Shown: positions 14,801 through 25,870 of the stretch, piece after piece
Layout: each line of letters opens with the position of its first letter
Position numbering within the stretch: position 1 is the stretch's first letter
NCBI RefSeq assembly: GCF_001194135.2
Contig: NC_068987.1
Coordinates: 19,074,444-19,138,443 of the forward strand
From: Octopus bimaculoides
Lineage: Eukaryota
Length of the DNA: 64,000 nt
Reading direction: 5' to 3'
Program-made: the position numbers and the translations under genes
The notes under the pieces: model-generated
The model's database searches: none
The model's input: the letters and a program-made list of their open reading frames with translations, nothing else
What the model was told of the DNA's origin: nothing

Positions 14801-15432
14801 AATGTGATTCAGTCAAACGTTACATCTAGCATGAGACCAGCAAAAGAGATTTAATCACAAGAGAAGATGAATTCGACACCTCATAACAAATCTCCTCAGG
14901 GAAAAGAGGTCACTGAGCTTTGTTTTGAATCACTGACCTAAGCCTTTTATACCGACATGATATCAAGATATGTAAGTTTGATCACAAAACAGAATGCAGC
15001 CAACTTTTCATAGCAAGCTTTCTGATTTGTGTGGTCTGCCTTAAGTCACTGGATTTTAACTTCTGAACCAGTGACTTAAGGTCTAAAACCAAATAGGTCT
15101 CATGCATTGATGTAACTGAGACTGACAAAACAGGAGAAAGAGTAGAATGAGATTACCAATTTTTTTTTTTTTTTAATGATAGGAAAATCTCTGTCCAGTC
15201 AATGTTACCAACATCACTAACCTTGAACTTAAGTTTGACCACCATAAACCAATAGTAGAAAACTTTTATACAAAGTGAAAAAAATATATTAGGAAGAATT
15301 CTTCTGTATGTTGTATTTTGTTTCATTTCTTTTTACGCCCATTTTTCCATACCATTTATTATACAGGTATTTTACTGAGGTATTGTTTTATAGCCTGATG
15401 CTCTTCCTGTCACTAACCCTTGTTTTTCAAAA

Positions 15433-16735
15433 CATGTATTTTATTTTAATTGCATGATATCAGGGATAAACCAATGATTTCAGCATGAAATCTTTGACTT
15501 TATAAAAGACTACCATTATTTTGCTTATTCTATATTTCTTTCATGGTTTACATAAACCATTTACAACAAATCAAAAGTCATCATTGCTATCATAATCATC
15601 CACATTCTTATTACTATCAATATTAAAGTGGTGAAATGGTGATATGAAATGTTAGATCAATTGCCTTTCGGTATCTGGTTCTGTCCATCTACATTACGAG
15701 TTCAAATCCTGCCGGAATCAACAAAAACAAATACCAATCATATGCTACAATGACTCAATCAGTTATATCTCACTCTTAAAAATTTGTGACCTTATGACAA
15801 AGGGAGGAATCGTCATTGTCATTGTTGTCATCATCATCATCATCATGTATTTTATTTTATGTGCATGATATCAAGAACAAACCAATGATTTCAACATGAA
15901 ATCTTTGACTTTGTAAAATCTAAATGATATAATTCAGGAATAGAGAATGAAGTTGGAATAATTCTACTTTGTAAAATAACTTTAAAAAATATATTCTAAC
16001 TACTGTCCTAAGACAATGCAGTAACCTCTGGAAAACATTTCCAGCAAACAATCTCAAATTACAAACCTAAAATCTTTTGACACCAACCGTAGTTCTATGA
16101 TACAAACTTATTGTTTTAAATCGACCTAAATTAAAATCTTCCATCAAATTTTCACAATCATTTAAGTTCTAAACACCAGTTTAATAATGACAGTTATTTT
16201 ACCATATTAATTGAAACAAAGACAGTGTATTTCTACAGAAACATAGTAACAAAGGTTAAACCATTTTACTCAATAATATCTAATATATTAGTATTCTAAA
16301 TTGTTAACCTAATTATCATTTTCATTACAGTTAATAGAGCAGAGAAAATGAAACATAGAGCTTTACTTATCTTCTGTTCAGTCAACTGAAGAGAAACTAC
16401 CATTATTTAGCTTACTCTATATTTCTTTCTGCTTCACACAAACCGTTTCTAACAAATCAAAAGTCATCATTGCTATTATAATCATCAACATTTTTATTAT
16501 TATTAATATTGAAGTGGTGAAATGATATGAAATGTCAGATCAGTAGTCTTTCATATTTGGTTCTGTCCATCTATATTATGGGTTCAAATCCTGCTAGGGT
16601 TGACAAATAACAACTACTAGTCATATGCTACAATGACTCAGTCAATTATATCTCTCTCTTAAAAATTTATGACAGTGGGAGAAATCCTCATCATTATCAC
16701 CACCACCATTATTATTATTATCATTATCATTATTA
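15433..16735. repeat. Old tandem duplication of a ~410-bp unit; second copy split by a ~480-bp insertion
   Basis: Copy 1 at 15433-15843; copy 2 at 15844-15918 plus about 16396-16735. Confidence 0.85.
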
Positions 16736-16954
16736 TTATTATTTGCTTCAAAAAGCAAACCAAAAGATGATTTTTCCATAAGAAAAAATATATTTGATAT
16801 GTTAATGTATGAGTTAATAACAAATGTTGGTCAACAACAACAAAAACATTAAACATTTAAAAAACAAAACCAAAAAAATAAATAGTAGAGAGGTGGTCAA
16901 AAGTTTCTAAGACCTCACAGGGAAACTTAATTGGTTAATTAATTAGGTAATTAA

Positions 16955-17188
16955 TTAATTAGTCTTCCGTAGCTTTTCACTTGACAGTTGGTTACTCTCA
17001 ATCCATTTTTGTAGCTCTGGACTCACATTGGGTGCGACTATATTTCTTCCTTCAATTTCATAAATAAGGTCTTGTGGCGTGACTCCCAACAAAGCCAGGT
17101 TTATATAAACAACAGCACAGATGAACTTATCTTTTTGTCGTTCAAATACGTGTTGCAAATATATAGCTTTACTGTCCCAGGTGAGAAT
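16955..17188 (-). CDS. THEM6: THEM6 coding exon 3
   Basis: ILTWDSKAIYLQHVFERQKDKFICAVVY...SSEKLRKTN*; acceptor ctttttcttatag|. Confidence 0.93.
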   Translation of the reverse strand: MLTWDSKAIYLQHVFERQKDKFICAVVYINLALLGVTPQDLIYEIEGRNIVAPNVSPELQKWIESNQLSSEKLRKTN

Positions 17189-20100
17189 CTATAAGAAAAA
17201 GCAAAAGATATGAGAGAAAGGGAGTGTCTGTGTTTGTTCATCACTCACTACATACATCTGTGTGAAGGCAAATGACTTAGTGGTTATGATATTTGGCTTG
17301 AAATCATTAGGTCATGAGTTCAATTCCCAGCGACGCATTGTGTCTTTGAGCAAGACACTTTATTTCACGTTGCTCCAGTCCACTCAGCTGGCAAAAATCG
17401 AGAAGTACCTGTATTTCAAAGGGACAGCCATGCCACATTCAGTGTTATGCTAAATCTCCCTAAGAACTACATTAAGGGTACATGTGTCTGGAGTGCTCAG
17501 CCACTTGCACTTTAATTTCACAAGCAGGTTGTTCCGTTGATCAGATCAACTGGAACCCTTATTATCGTAACCAACAGAATGTCAGCTACATCCATCTCTA
17601 ACCATCTACCATTCTCTGCTCACACTGTTATCAAATTACCTACTTTTCTTTCCCCACAAATTCATTGCCTATATTCTCCCTTATATTTACCTTCTTGTAC
17701 CTTGAAAGTATGCTCTGGCACCCTGTCCCCATTAACTTTATGTTCCTTTTACATGGAGTAACCATATATCTCATCTGTAGCAAGACACCTGTACTTGTTC
17801 CTTTATCTTTCAACACCTCTTCTTCTCTCAAATATACTCCCACTCAATTTTTTTGTTGTTGTTGGCACTCCGTCGCTTACGATGACGAGGGTTCCAGTTG
17901 ATCCGATCAACGGAACAGCCTGCTCGTGAAATTAAAGTGCAAGTGGCTGAGCACTCCACAGACACGTGTACCCTTAATGTAATTCTCGGGGATATTCAGC
18001 GTGACAAGGCTGACCCTTCGAATTACAGGTACAACAGAAACAGGAAGTAAGAGTGAGAGAAAGTTGTGGTGAAAGAGTACAGCAGGGTTAGCCACCATCC
18101 CCTACTGGAGCCTCATGGAACTTTAGGTGTTTTCGCTCAATAAACACTCACAACGCCCAGTCTGGGAATCGAAACCACGATCCTATGACCGTGAGTCCGC
18201 TGCCCTAACCACTGGGCCATTGCGCCTCCACTCCCACTCAATAAAGAGGGCTTTTTCTTTCTTTTCTTTGTCTTACAAGTAATTTCATGACTTCACTACT
18301 GCTGATGTTATGAAAAAAGCATCCAGTACACACTGTGTAGTGGTTGGCATTAGGAAGGGTGTCCAACCATTGAAACCATGCCAAAACTAACACTGGAGCC
18401 TGATGTAGCTCTGCAGTTTGTAAGATTTTTTCAAACTATCCAACCCATGTCAACATAGAAAACAGATATTAAATGAAGAAGATAATGATGATCTTACACA
18501 TATGCATAGACATTGTTTTGTAATTGTAAGATGTTCAGTCCCAGTTAAGGCTCTTCAGGCAATTGCCCTTTCTTGTAGCCCTTGACTGGATTTGGTAGAG
18601 AGAGACTGAAAAAAGCCTGTCAAATATATAAATATATATATCACACATATATATATATATAGAATGCCTTTGACTATAGATCGACTTATCCCTTTCTGAA
18701 ATTTCAGGACTTGTGCCTCTATTAGTAGCAATTATAGGTCTGTTGGATCAAGGGTAACCAAAGGTTGAACAACAACATCTTTTACCTTTGTCTTAATTGT
18801 GTAAATATCAAACAACTGGATGGAGCGCCTGTATCGGATGGTTGAAGCCTTCACTAACATTCGACCTCTTGTCTTCAAGCCACTGTTACGGATCCAGAAC
18901 GAAAAGCGTGCCCAGTCACACTCACGAAGGTAGCGTGCATTGTTCATATGCCACTGGAAATCCATGTCTGTAGTGAGGCAGATAGCTGAGTGAAGGAAAA
19001 CAAGAAATCAAAGAGAGTGGCATAAATGCTAGCAGTGGTAATGGTAACGGAAGTTATAGTAAATATTAATGTAACTACACATACATATACAAACTCACAC
19101 ACAAATGGGTAGACAGAAACTGTGTAAAAGCTCATCTGATAAACTGTACCTTTTCTTGAATGGTTTAAAACTTCCCTTGTAAGGCATTGACTGAGATTTA
19201 CCAAGCAGTGATTTAACATGATTGGAAGCTGAAATTTCAAATGACCATAATGATTACATTTGTGTTATGGTTAGATTATAAATATGAGAAGTGAACATTA
19301 CATACGTGTGTGTATGTGTGTGTGGGTGTGACTTTGCAGTTTCACGTTGAATTCACAAATGAGAGATTTATCTAGAAACTGAATAGACATTGTGCTTCAC
19401 TTTTTGACTATTCCATAAAGATTTTTGGTTAAAAAAGAAATTTCAAGGAAACCCATCAAAAACATTTCCTTCTTACCTTTCCAGAAAGCTGATCTGAGAA
19501 CGTGCATTCCCCATATTGATTTGGCACCTTATTACTAACAGTACTTTAGTCTTTGAACTCACCAGTGACCTGTTCTCTTTAGTACACCTGAGCATTGTAT
19601 ACAATAAGATCATTATCATTATTTCTCAAATTGATTTGGTCCTCATTACTGACAGTAATAGGAATCAAATTATTGGTAGGCTGTGGTTTGAGGCCGAATG
19701 TTCTCCATATTGATCTGGTATTTATTCCAAACAGCTATTACTGGTAGACTCTTGTCTGAAAATCTACATTCCCTAGATTGATATGACAGCTTCCCTTTTA
19801 GCTAATTTAGTGTCTGGTCTGAAACAGAATATATTGATCTTGTACCTATTCATCAAATAATCTAGTATCTATTCCTGATAGCTAGGTGAACTGACAAGTA
19901 GAATCTATTCTGAGGCTGAACAACCTTACACCGATCTTGTGTCTATATCTGACAATAAGATAATATTCTTGTTTAGCTAGATCATCTTTGATTGAGCAGA
20001 ACTGTGAGCAGAATTATGTTCCAGCTTCGTCTTTTTATATATTCAGGACAACATTAACCAATGTGTCTTACTTTTTAGCCACTGACCCTACTTTCTAAGA

Positions 20101-20472
20101 CAGAGAGCAAAATTTGGGTGCTATTTCTACCAGATCAAGCCACTGAGTTGAGACTCATTTGTTCCTCTGAGGTAATGTAGATGTAATAAGCATTCTGCTT
20201 AGATTCAATGAAAAACAGCCCGATTTGAAGTTCAGAAACATGTGTATACATATACAGTGGAAATAAACAGGTATATGAGTTGTCTGCGAGATAACAAACG
20301 ACAGAAAGATGTCGGGTATGGGGTTAATAAATGAGAGCGAGAAGGAGGGAAGGAAGGAAGAACAGATGTTATCAAATAAATAGAAAACAATGCAAAGTTG
20401 CTTTGAAGTAAATGATAAAGCGATATATTGATCGCTTTGCCAGATATAGCCTTATATACATATGTATGTACG

Positions 20473-20515
<43 letters not shown>

Positions 20516-20625
20516 GGGGGTCGTCCAAGGCAAGCGTGAGAGATAAAGGAACGAACGAAAAAAACATGAATACTTGAGAAAATACGTACATTCATACACA
20601 TACATTTCTACACAGTTTGTTTATA

Positions 20626-20672
<47 letters not shown>

Positions 20673-21911
20673 GTCCTACATACATATACATATATAAAAA
20701 GCCCCAAATGTTTTCCTTTTAATTCCTTTTTGCTACCTGCTTGACGTTTTTAGCGCAATGTTACGAGATATACTGAGTGCGCTTAGCGAGAGGGAGACAG
20801 GATGAGAACTAAGACATGCTGCAAATGATGAACTGCGACACTTACATCAACACTAGGATAACACGAGTAACAAATGATCGAGGGTTTAGGGTGCAACCCC
20901 CATAACACTTTTTTGTTACTTGGAGGTCTCTAGCAGGCTCTATTTAGACCGAAATAATTCGTAGTAGTTTTTAGAGGTTACAGTTTCATTGCTTCTCTAT
21001 AATGAGTTATTATTATTTTATTACATAAGCTAGCGTTATAAATAAGACATAGCAAGTTCCAGTGCACTTCATACCTTCTATATTTTGTTTTTATCGATCC
21101 CATCGTTTTCTGGCGGAAGAAAGATGATATAATTTCTCGGTGATGTTTGACCGAATCAGTTGTAAAAATAAAACAAAATACTTTCAAGACTACAGAAGTC
21201 TAAGATGGGTAAATAAGGCAGCATTAAATTCGTGTCCTTTCCTAAGGGTAATTACAGTAGCAGGAGAGGAATGATTCTAACCAGAACTGGAAAACATGCC
21301 GAAAGCTTTAACTTTACGCTATTGTAGAGTCGAGATGACCCTTTATGCTATGGTACAGACGATGATTTAAGCTCAAATAATAACAATATTTAAAAAATTG
21401 TGGTGATTACTTTAAACCCCAAATCAATCCTGATCGAGCAGACCAACGATCAAAAACATTGTAGCTGTTACTTCCTTGTAGGTATAACCCTATTCTCTTT
21501 CTTTCTTTCTATTTGTGTGTGTATATTGCTTATTGTCAAATGTGTCCGTCATTATTTAAGACGGTAGGGGGTATTTGGCTGCTGTTTCTAGCAAATCGAG
21601 GAACCGTATGATGAGATTAGTAAGAAAAAAAAGCACTAATCAATGATAGACACTAACAAGCGCAGGGGTTATAAGAACAAAAAACAAGGTTTACTTTTTT
21701 TTTTCTTGATACGAAACATACCTTTGTAACCATCTTCCTCCATCACGTCTCTCCTGCCTATCAGCTTGGTAAGAAGGACATTTCCAGTAACGACCAGCAC
21801 TGTCCGAATAAAATAGTGGACATCGAAGAGGACATAAGCTGCCAGCACGATGTAGCAACTGTAGTTCTTGAAAATGCCGCCGATTTTGGCAAAAGACATT
21901 TCGTAAATCAT
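16955..21911 (-). CDS. THEM6: Thioesterase superfamily member 6 (THEM6, hot-dog fold), complete 3-exon CDS of about 207 aa
   Basis: Join 21911-21722, 18985-18786, 17188-16955 = 624 nt; GT-AG introns, phases 1 and 0. The protein has an N-terminal hydrophobic segment with LFDVHYFIR, then D(M)D..HMNNARYLRECDWAR, ASTIRYRRSIQLF, LTWDSKAIYL and PELQKWIESNQLSSEKLR, the motif order I recall for human THEM6. An alternative start ATG lies at 21899. Confidence 0.93.
17258..17580 (+). mobile_element. tRNA-derived SINE, older, sharing its 3' body with the 17849 family
   Basis: Decayed tRNA head plus the shared ATTAAGGGTACA...GATCAACTGGAACCC segment. Confidence 0.7.
17849..18229 (-). mobile_element. tRNA-derived SINE with 13-bp TSD in THEM6 intron 2
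   Basis: TSD ACTCCCACTCAAT at 17836-17848 and 18230-18242. tRNA-like head with A box (TGGCCCAGTGG) and B box (GGTTTCGATTCC); (AAC)n/A tail. Confidence 0.88.
18786..18985 (-). CDS. THEM6: THEM6 coding exon 2
   Basis: AICLTTDMDFQWHMNNARYLRECDWARFSFW...IKTK; acceptor ttccttcactcag|, donor AAG|GTAAAA. Confidence 0.94.
21722..21911 (-). CDS. THEM6: THEM6 coding exon 1
   Basis: MIYEMSFAK...VLFDVHYFIRTVLVV...DVMEEDGYK; donor AAG|GTATGT. Confidence 0.88.
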
Positions 21912-22714
21912 GGTCAGACGGCGATGCGAACCTGGGACACAGGACAGTTGGGTGGCATGGAGGGAGAAATAGAGCTGATAATTAGAAAGGTATTAGTTGT
22001 TCGTTAGCTACGGAGTGTCCGGCTGAGCTGTTCGTTCATGGCTTCTAGAGGTTGATTACAATGAGCCGGTACTGTGAGGTGAAGGAAGAGCTGGAACGTC
22101 CGTCTGAGATAGTGTAATGATGAATGATGGATGAGAAAGAGCCATCCAGTACAACAGGGAGAGAAAGGCGAGAGAAGCAGATTGGTGGTGTGAGGTAACA
22201 GGCCAGCAAATGAGGTGGGGGTGAGAGACTGAGAGAAACAGACAGAGCGAAAGAGCGGGAGAGAGTAGAAGTAGATTGGTGGAGATGAGAGGTAACAGGC
22301 CGGTAAGTAAAAAGAGGGGATTGGCACGAATAAAGGGAGGGAGAAGGAGAGAAAGAAAGACACACAGAGAGAAGAAAGTGCCAAGTTGGGGGAATGCGAG
22401 TGAAAGGAAGAGAAACAGACAGAGTAAAAGAGAGGTCAGAGAAATGCTCGGATAAGGTGAAGAGAAGGCAGAGAGAAAAGAGAAATATAGAAAGAGACGA
22501 GGGAGAGAGAGAGAGAGAGAGTAATGCTGAGAAGTAATGTACCGGTAAGTGAAGCGGTAGGGAAAGGTGGGGCGGGGGAACCGCTGCGGTAAGAAAGATA
22601 ACATGATAAAGGAGAGGAGTGGGAGGAGACGGTATAAAGAGAAAGTAACTTTCCGTTTACTCCGACTGATGTACTATTGTAGTTTTAATAGGAAAGTGAA
22701 AGAGGAATTATTGC

Positions 22715-22912
22715 TTTCAAGTTTTGGCACAAAGCCAGCAATTTTAGGAGAGGGTATCGGTCAATGTAATCGACCTCAGTTCTTGACTGGTACTATATTT
22801 TGAAGGGCAAGGTCGACCACGGGCGAGTCTGAACTGAGAATGCAAAGAGCCGGAAGAAATGCCGCTAAGCATTTTCTCCAACGCGCTAACGATTCTGCCG
22901 GCTCGCCCCCGC
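22715..22912 (+). mobile_element. Abundant dispersed repeat (TTTTGGCACAAGGCCAGCAATTTT...GAAAGGCAAAGTCGACC...GAACTCAGAA family); other copies at about 4915-5110, 10735-10950, 33925-34500, 34525-34725, 40575-40790, 44030-44160
   Basis: Collinear similarity between the listed copies, visible by eye. Confidence 0.75.
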
Positions 22913-22971
22913 TTGAAATCTGAAATATTGTACTGTCAGTAGTTGTTATTAAATTCCAGGTCAGCCTCAAC

Positions 22972-23204
22972 GGTACTACTAAAGCAGAGCGGACCCGAAC
23001 GCGCAGTCGCGCGTCCGCACTAGCTAGTCGTGAGTGGTCGATCCTAACCCTAACCCTAACCCTAAACACGTATTCATTTGCACACGCGGGTTAGGGATAG
23101 GGTTAGGGTTAGGGACAGGGTTAGGGTTAGGGATAGGGTTAGGGTTAGGATCGACCACTCAAGACTAGCTAGCGCGGACGGGTCCGCGCTGCTTTAGTAG
23201 TACC
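22972..23204. mobile_element. Foldback MITE with telomeric repeats in its arms and a 9-bp TSD (Merlin- or Mutator-like)
   Basis: The direct repeat AGCCTCAAC lies at 22963-22971 and 23205-23213. The long TIR runs GGTACTACTAAAGCAG...GAGTGGTCGATCCTAACCCTAACCCTAA and is mirrored at the right end. Confidence 0.9.
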
Positions 23205-23597
23205 AGCCTCAACCGGGCAGATCTACGATCCAGAATCAGACCATCACTATTTTTTTGTTGTTGTATATCTAGCACAACTTAGCCCAATATATATTTCTTT
23301 TTTTAAACAAATGAGTAAAATGTGATATGAGGGAGATTTGGCTGCTATTTCTAACAGATCGAGTGACCTCAAAAACATCCCCCACACACACACTCTGTCT
23401 TTCTCTTTTCTTGCCTCAGGGTCTGTTAGTTCAGTTTGATTGCTATCTTATCAATTCCGCTCCAGCTGCGGTCAGAACAGCTTTTTCTTTTTTCGCAACT
23501 AAGACACACGTACACATTTATTACAACTGTCTGACGAACGGGAATGTGAAACTCTGAGTAACAGTTCTGTGATAATTTTGCAGCTTTAAAAATAAGT

Positions 23598-23943
23598 GTA
23601 TACTCTTTACTCTCTTTTACTCTCTTACTTGTTTCAGTCATTTGACTGTGGCCATGCTGGAGCACCGCCTTTAGTCGAATCAAATCGACCCCAGGACTTA
23701 TTCTTTGTAAGCCTAGTACTTATTCTATCGATCTCTTTTGCTGAACCGCTAAGTTACGGGGACCTAAACACACCAGCATCGGTTGTCAAGCGATGCTGGG
23801 TGGACAAACACAGATACACAACATATACACACATACATATATATATGTATACATATATACGACGGGCTTCTTTCAGTTTCAGTCTACCAAATCTACTCAC
23901 AAGGCTTTGGTCGGCCCGAGGCTATAGTAGAAGACACTTGCCC
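23598..23943 (+). mobile_element. SINE running into the assembly gap; related copies at about 31850-32200, 53172-53510, 1893-2045
   Basis: TTTTACTTGTTTCAGTCATTTGACTGTGGCCATGCTGGAGCACC...CTATAGTAGAAGACACTTGCCC body is shared with other copies. Confidence 0.75.
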
Positions 23944-24567
23944 NNNNNNNNNNNNNNNNNNNNNNNNNNNNNNNNNNNNNNNNNNNNNNNNNNNNNNNNN
24001 NNNNNNNNNNNNNNNNNNNNNNNNNNNNNNNNNNNNNNNNNNNNNNNNNNNNNNNNNNNNNNNNNNNNNNNNNNNNNNNNNNNNNNNNNNNNNNNNNNNN
24101 NNNNNNNNNNNNNNNNNNNNNNNNNNNNNNNNNNNNNNNNNNNNNNNNNNNNNNNNNNNNNNNNNNNNNNNNNNNNNNNNNNNNNNNNNNNNNNNNNNNN
24201 NNNNNNNNNNNNNNNNNNNNNNNNNNNNNNNNNNNNNNNNNNNNNNNNNNNNNNNNNNNNNNNNNNNNNNNNNNNNNNNNNNNNNNNNNNNNNNNNNNNN
24301 NNNNNNNNNNNNNNNNNNNNNNNNNNNNNNNNNNNNNNNNNNNNNNNNNNNNNNNNNNNNNNNNNNNNNNNNNNNNNNNNNNNNNNNNNNNNNNNNNNNN
24401 NNNNNNNNNNNNNNNNNNNNNNNNNNNNNNNNNNNNNNNNNNNNNNNNNNNNNNNNNNNNNNNNNNNNNNNNNNNNNNNNNNNNNNNNNNNNNNNNNNNN
24501 NNNNNNNNNNNNNNNNNNNNNNNNNNNNNNNNNNNNNNNNNNNNNNNNNNNNNNNNNNNNNNNNNNN

Positions 24568-25093
24568 TAGGGGTGATGTGGTCACAGAAATTGTCTGACA
24601 ACCATGACTGGGTTTTCCTGCTTGTGTAGCATGGTACACAGTCCTGTTGCCAGCCGCAAGGTCTTCCAGTAGCCACCCTCTTGACCCAGGGCAGCACTAC
24701 CTCCTCCAGGCACTTTATGTAGACTTCTGTGTTAAGTCTGAGGCTGTGTGGGAAGATGAATGGAGACATAAAATCGCCATCACTGGTGATCACTCCAAAC
24801 ATCATGATATTTGATTTTTATCCCTCTCAGTACATGTTTTGGGAACATGGCAAGCCAAAGGTTGCTCTGTCTGTTTACCATCTGTTTGTATTGGAGCTTC
24901 TGGTGAGAATGCCAAGCAGTGCAGCATGTCGTTTCCAAATTTCAGGTAGAGTGAATTGCATCATGGTACTGTTTTTCTCACATGCAGTGCCCAACTGACC
25001 CTACTATACTGCGTTGTCAACAAAATTAAAAAAACAATGCACATGTGCAAAATTAAAAATATAAAATGGCGACAATTTACCCATTGCATCCTG
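24568..25093 (-). mobile_element. Second copy of the same maT-like element, left part lost in the assembly gap
   Basis: FGVITSDGDFMSPFIFPHSL...WQQDCVPCYTSRKTQSWLSDNFCDHITP. Collinear with about 2520-3015 and ends in the same TIR followed by TA. Confidence 0.85.
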
Positions 25094-25412
25094 TATATGT
25101 GTGTATATATAATATATATTCCCAAGGGATTAGGGTGTTAGGCACACACAGGTTCAATTTTAGAACCATCTGGTGCATTGTGTCCTTGACTAATTAATTT
25201 ATTACAGTTTACGTTACTCCAGTCACCATAAGTGAAAATGAGTAACACTTAGTGCCGCTTCAGCCTTCTGACAAACCATACTGTTGTGCATTGTTGTTTT
25301 ATCCGTAAGGTTAGGCCCTTTTTGGCAAATCTATAATGAAAATTTGTCTCCTTTTTCTTTTTCAATATGATATATCTCTGCATGATTCAATGTGTTATAT
25401 TTAGTGCAGTGT

Positions 25413-25870
25413 TGTTATTTAACCCCAGGTCAGTCTAGACTGAGCAGCTCCATGATCAGCTGCGTTATTCTATCTTTTGTTTTCTGACATAGTGTATTGA
25501 GGATTGCTTCACCAAATGTGTCCTGCCTATTTTTCAAGACTGTGGAGATGACATAAAGGCGATTCAGCTGCTTTTTGCAGTAGGTCAGTCTTTGTTATTT
25601 AACCCCGGGTCAGTCTAGACTGAGCAGCTCCATGATCAGCTGAGTTATTCTATCTTTTGTTTTCTGGCATAGTGTATTGAGGATTGCCTCACCAAATGTG
25701 TTCTTCCTATTTTTCAAGACTGCGGAGATGACATAAAGGTGATTCAGCTGCTATTTGCAGTAGGTCAGTCTTTTGCTTTCTGGCATAGTATATCTAGGAC
25801 TTACCAAATATGTCTTCCCTCTTTTTCAAGACTGTAGACGAGATTTAGCTACTATTTCTAACAGTTTGAG
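25413..25870. repeat. Tandem duplication, 180-bp unit x2 plus a partial third
   Basis: Units start at 25413 and 25593 and are near-identical by eye. Confidence 0.9.

Noticed and set aside
18140-18229. tRNA gene
   Set aside because: It is a SINE head: A and B boxes are present, but it is followed by the SINE body and flanked by TSDs.
22004-22604. Ser/Leu/Phe-rich ORFs (also 28325-28771 and 30910-31356)
   Set aside because: Low-complexity purine/pyrimidine-biased decayed repeat tracts with no splice or homology support.
23043-23149. A true telomere or chromosome fusion point
   Set aside because: The head-to-head repeats lie within TIRs bounded by a TSD and are too short.
3303-24805. Long ORFs in the track containing X runs (3303, 3336, 3367, 5239, 6857, 23596, 23783, 23893, 23897)
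   Set aside because: Artefacts of translation through N gaps; only the maT part of the 23897 ORF is meaningful.
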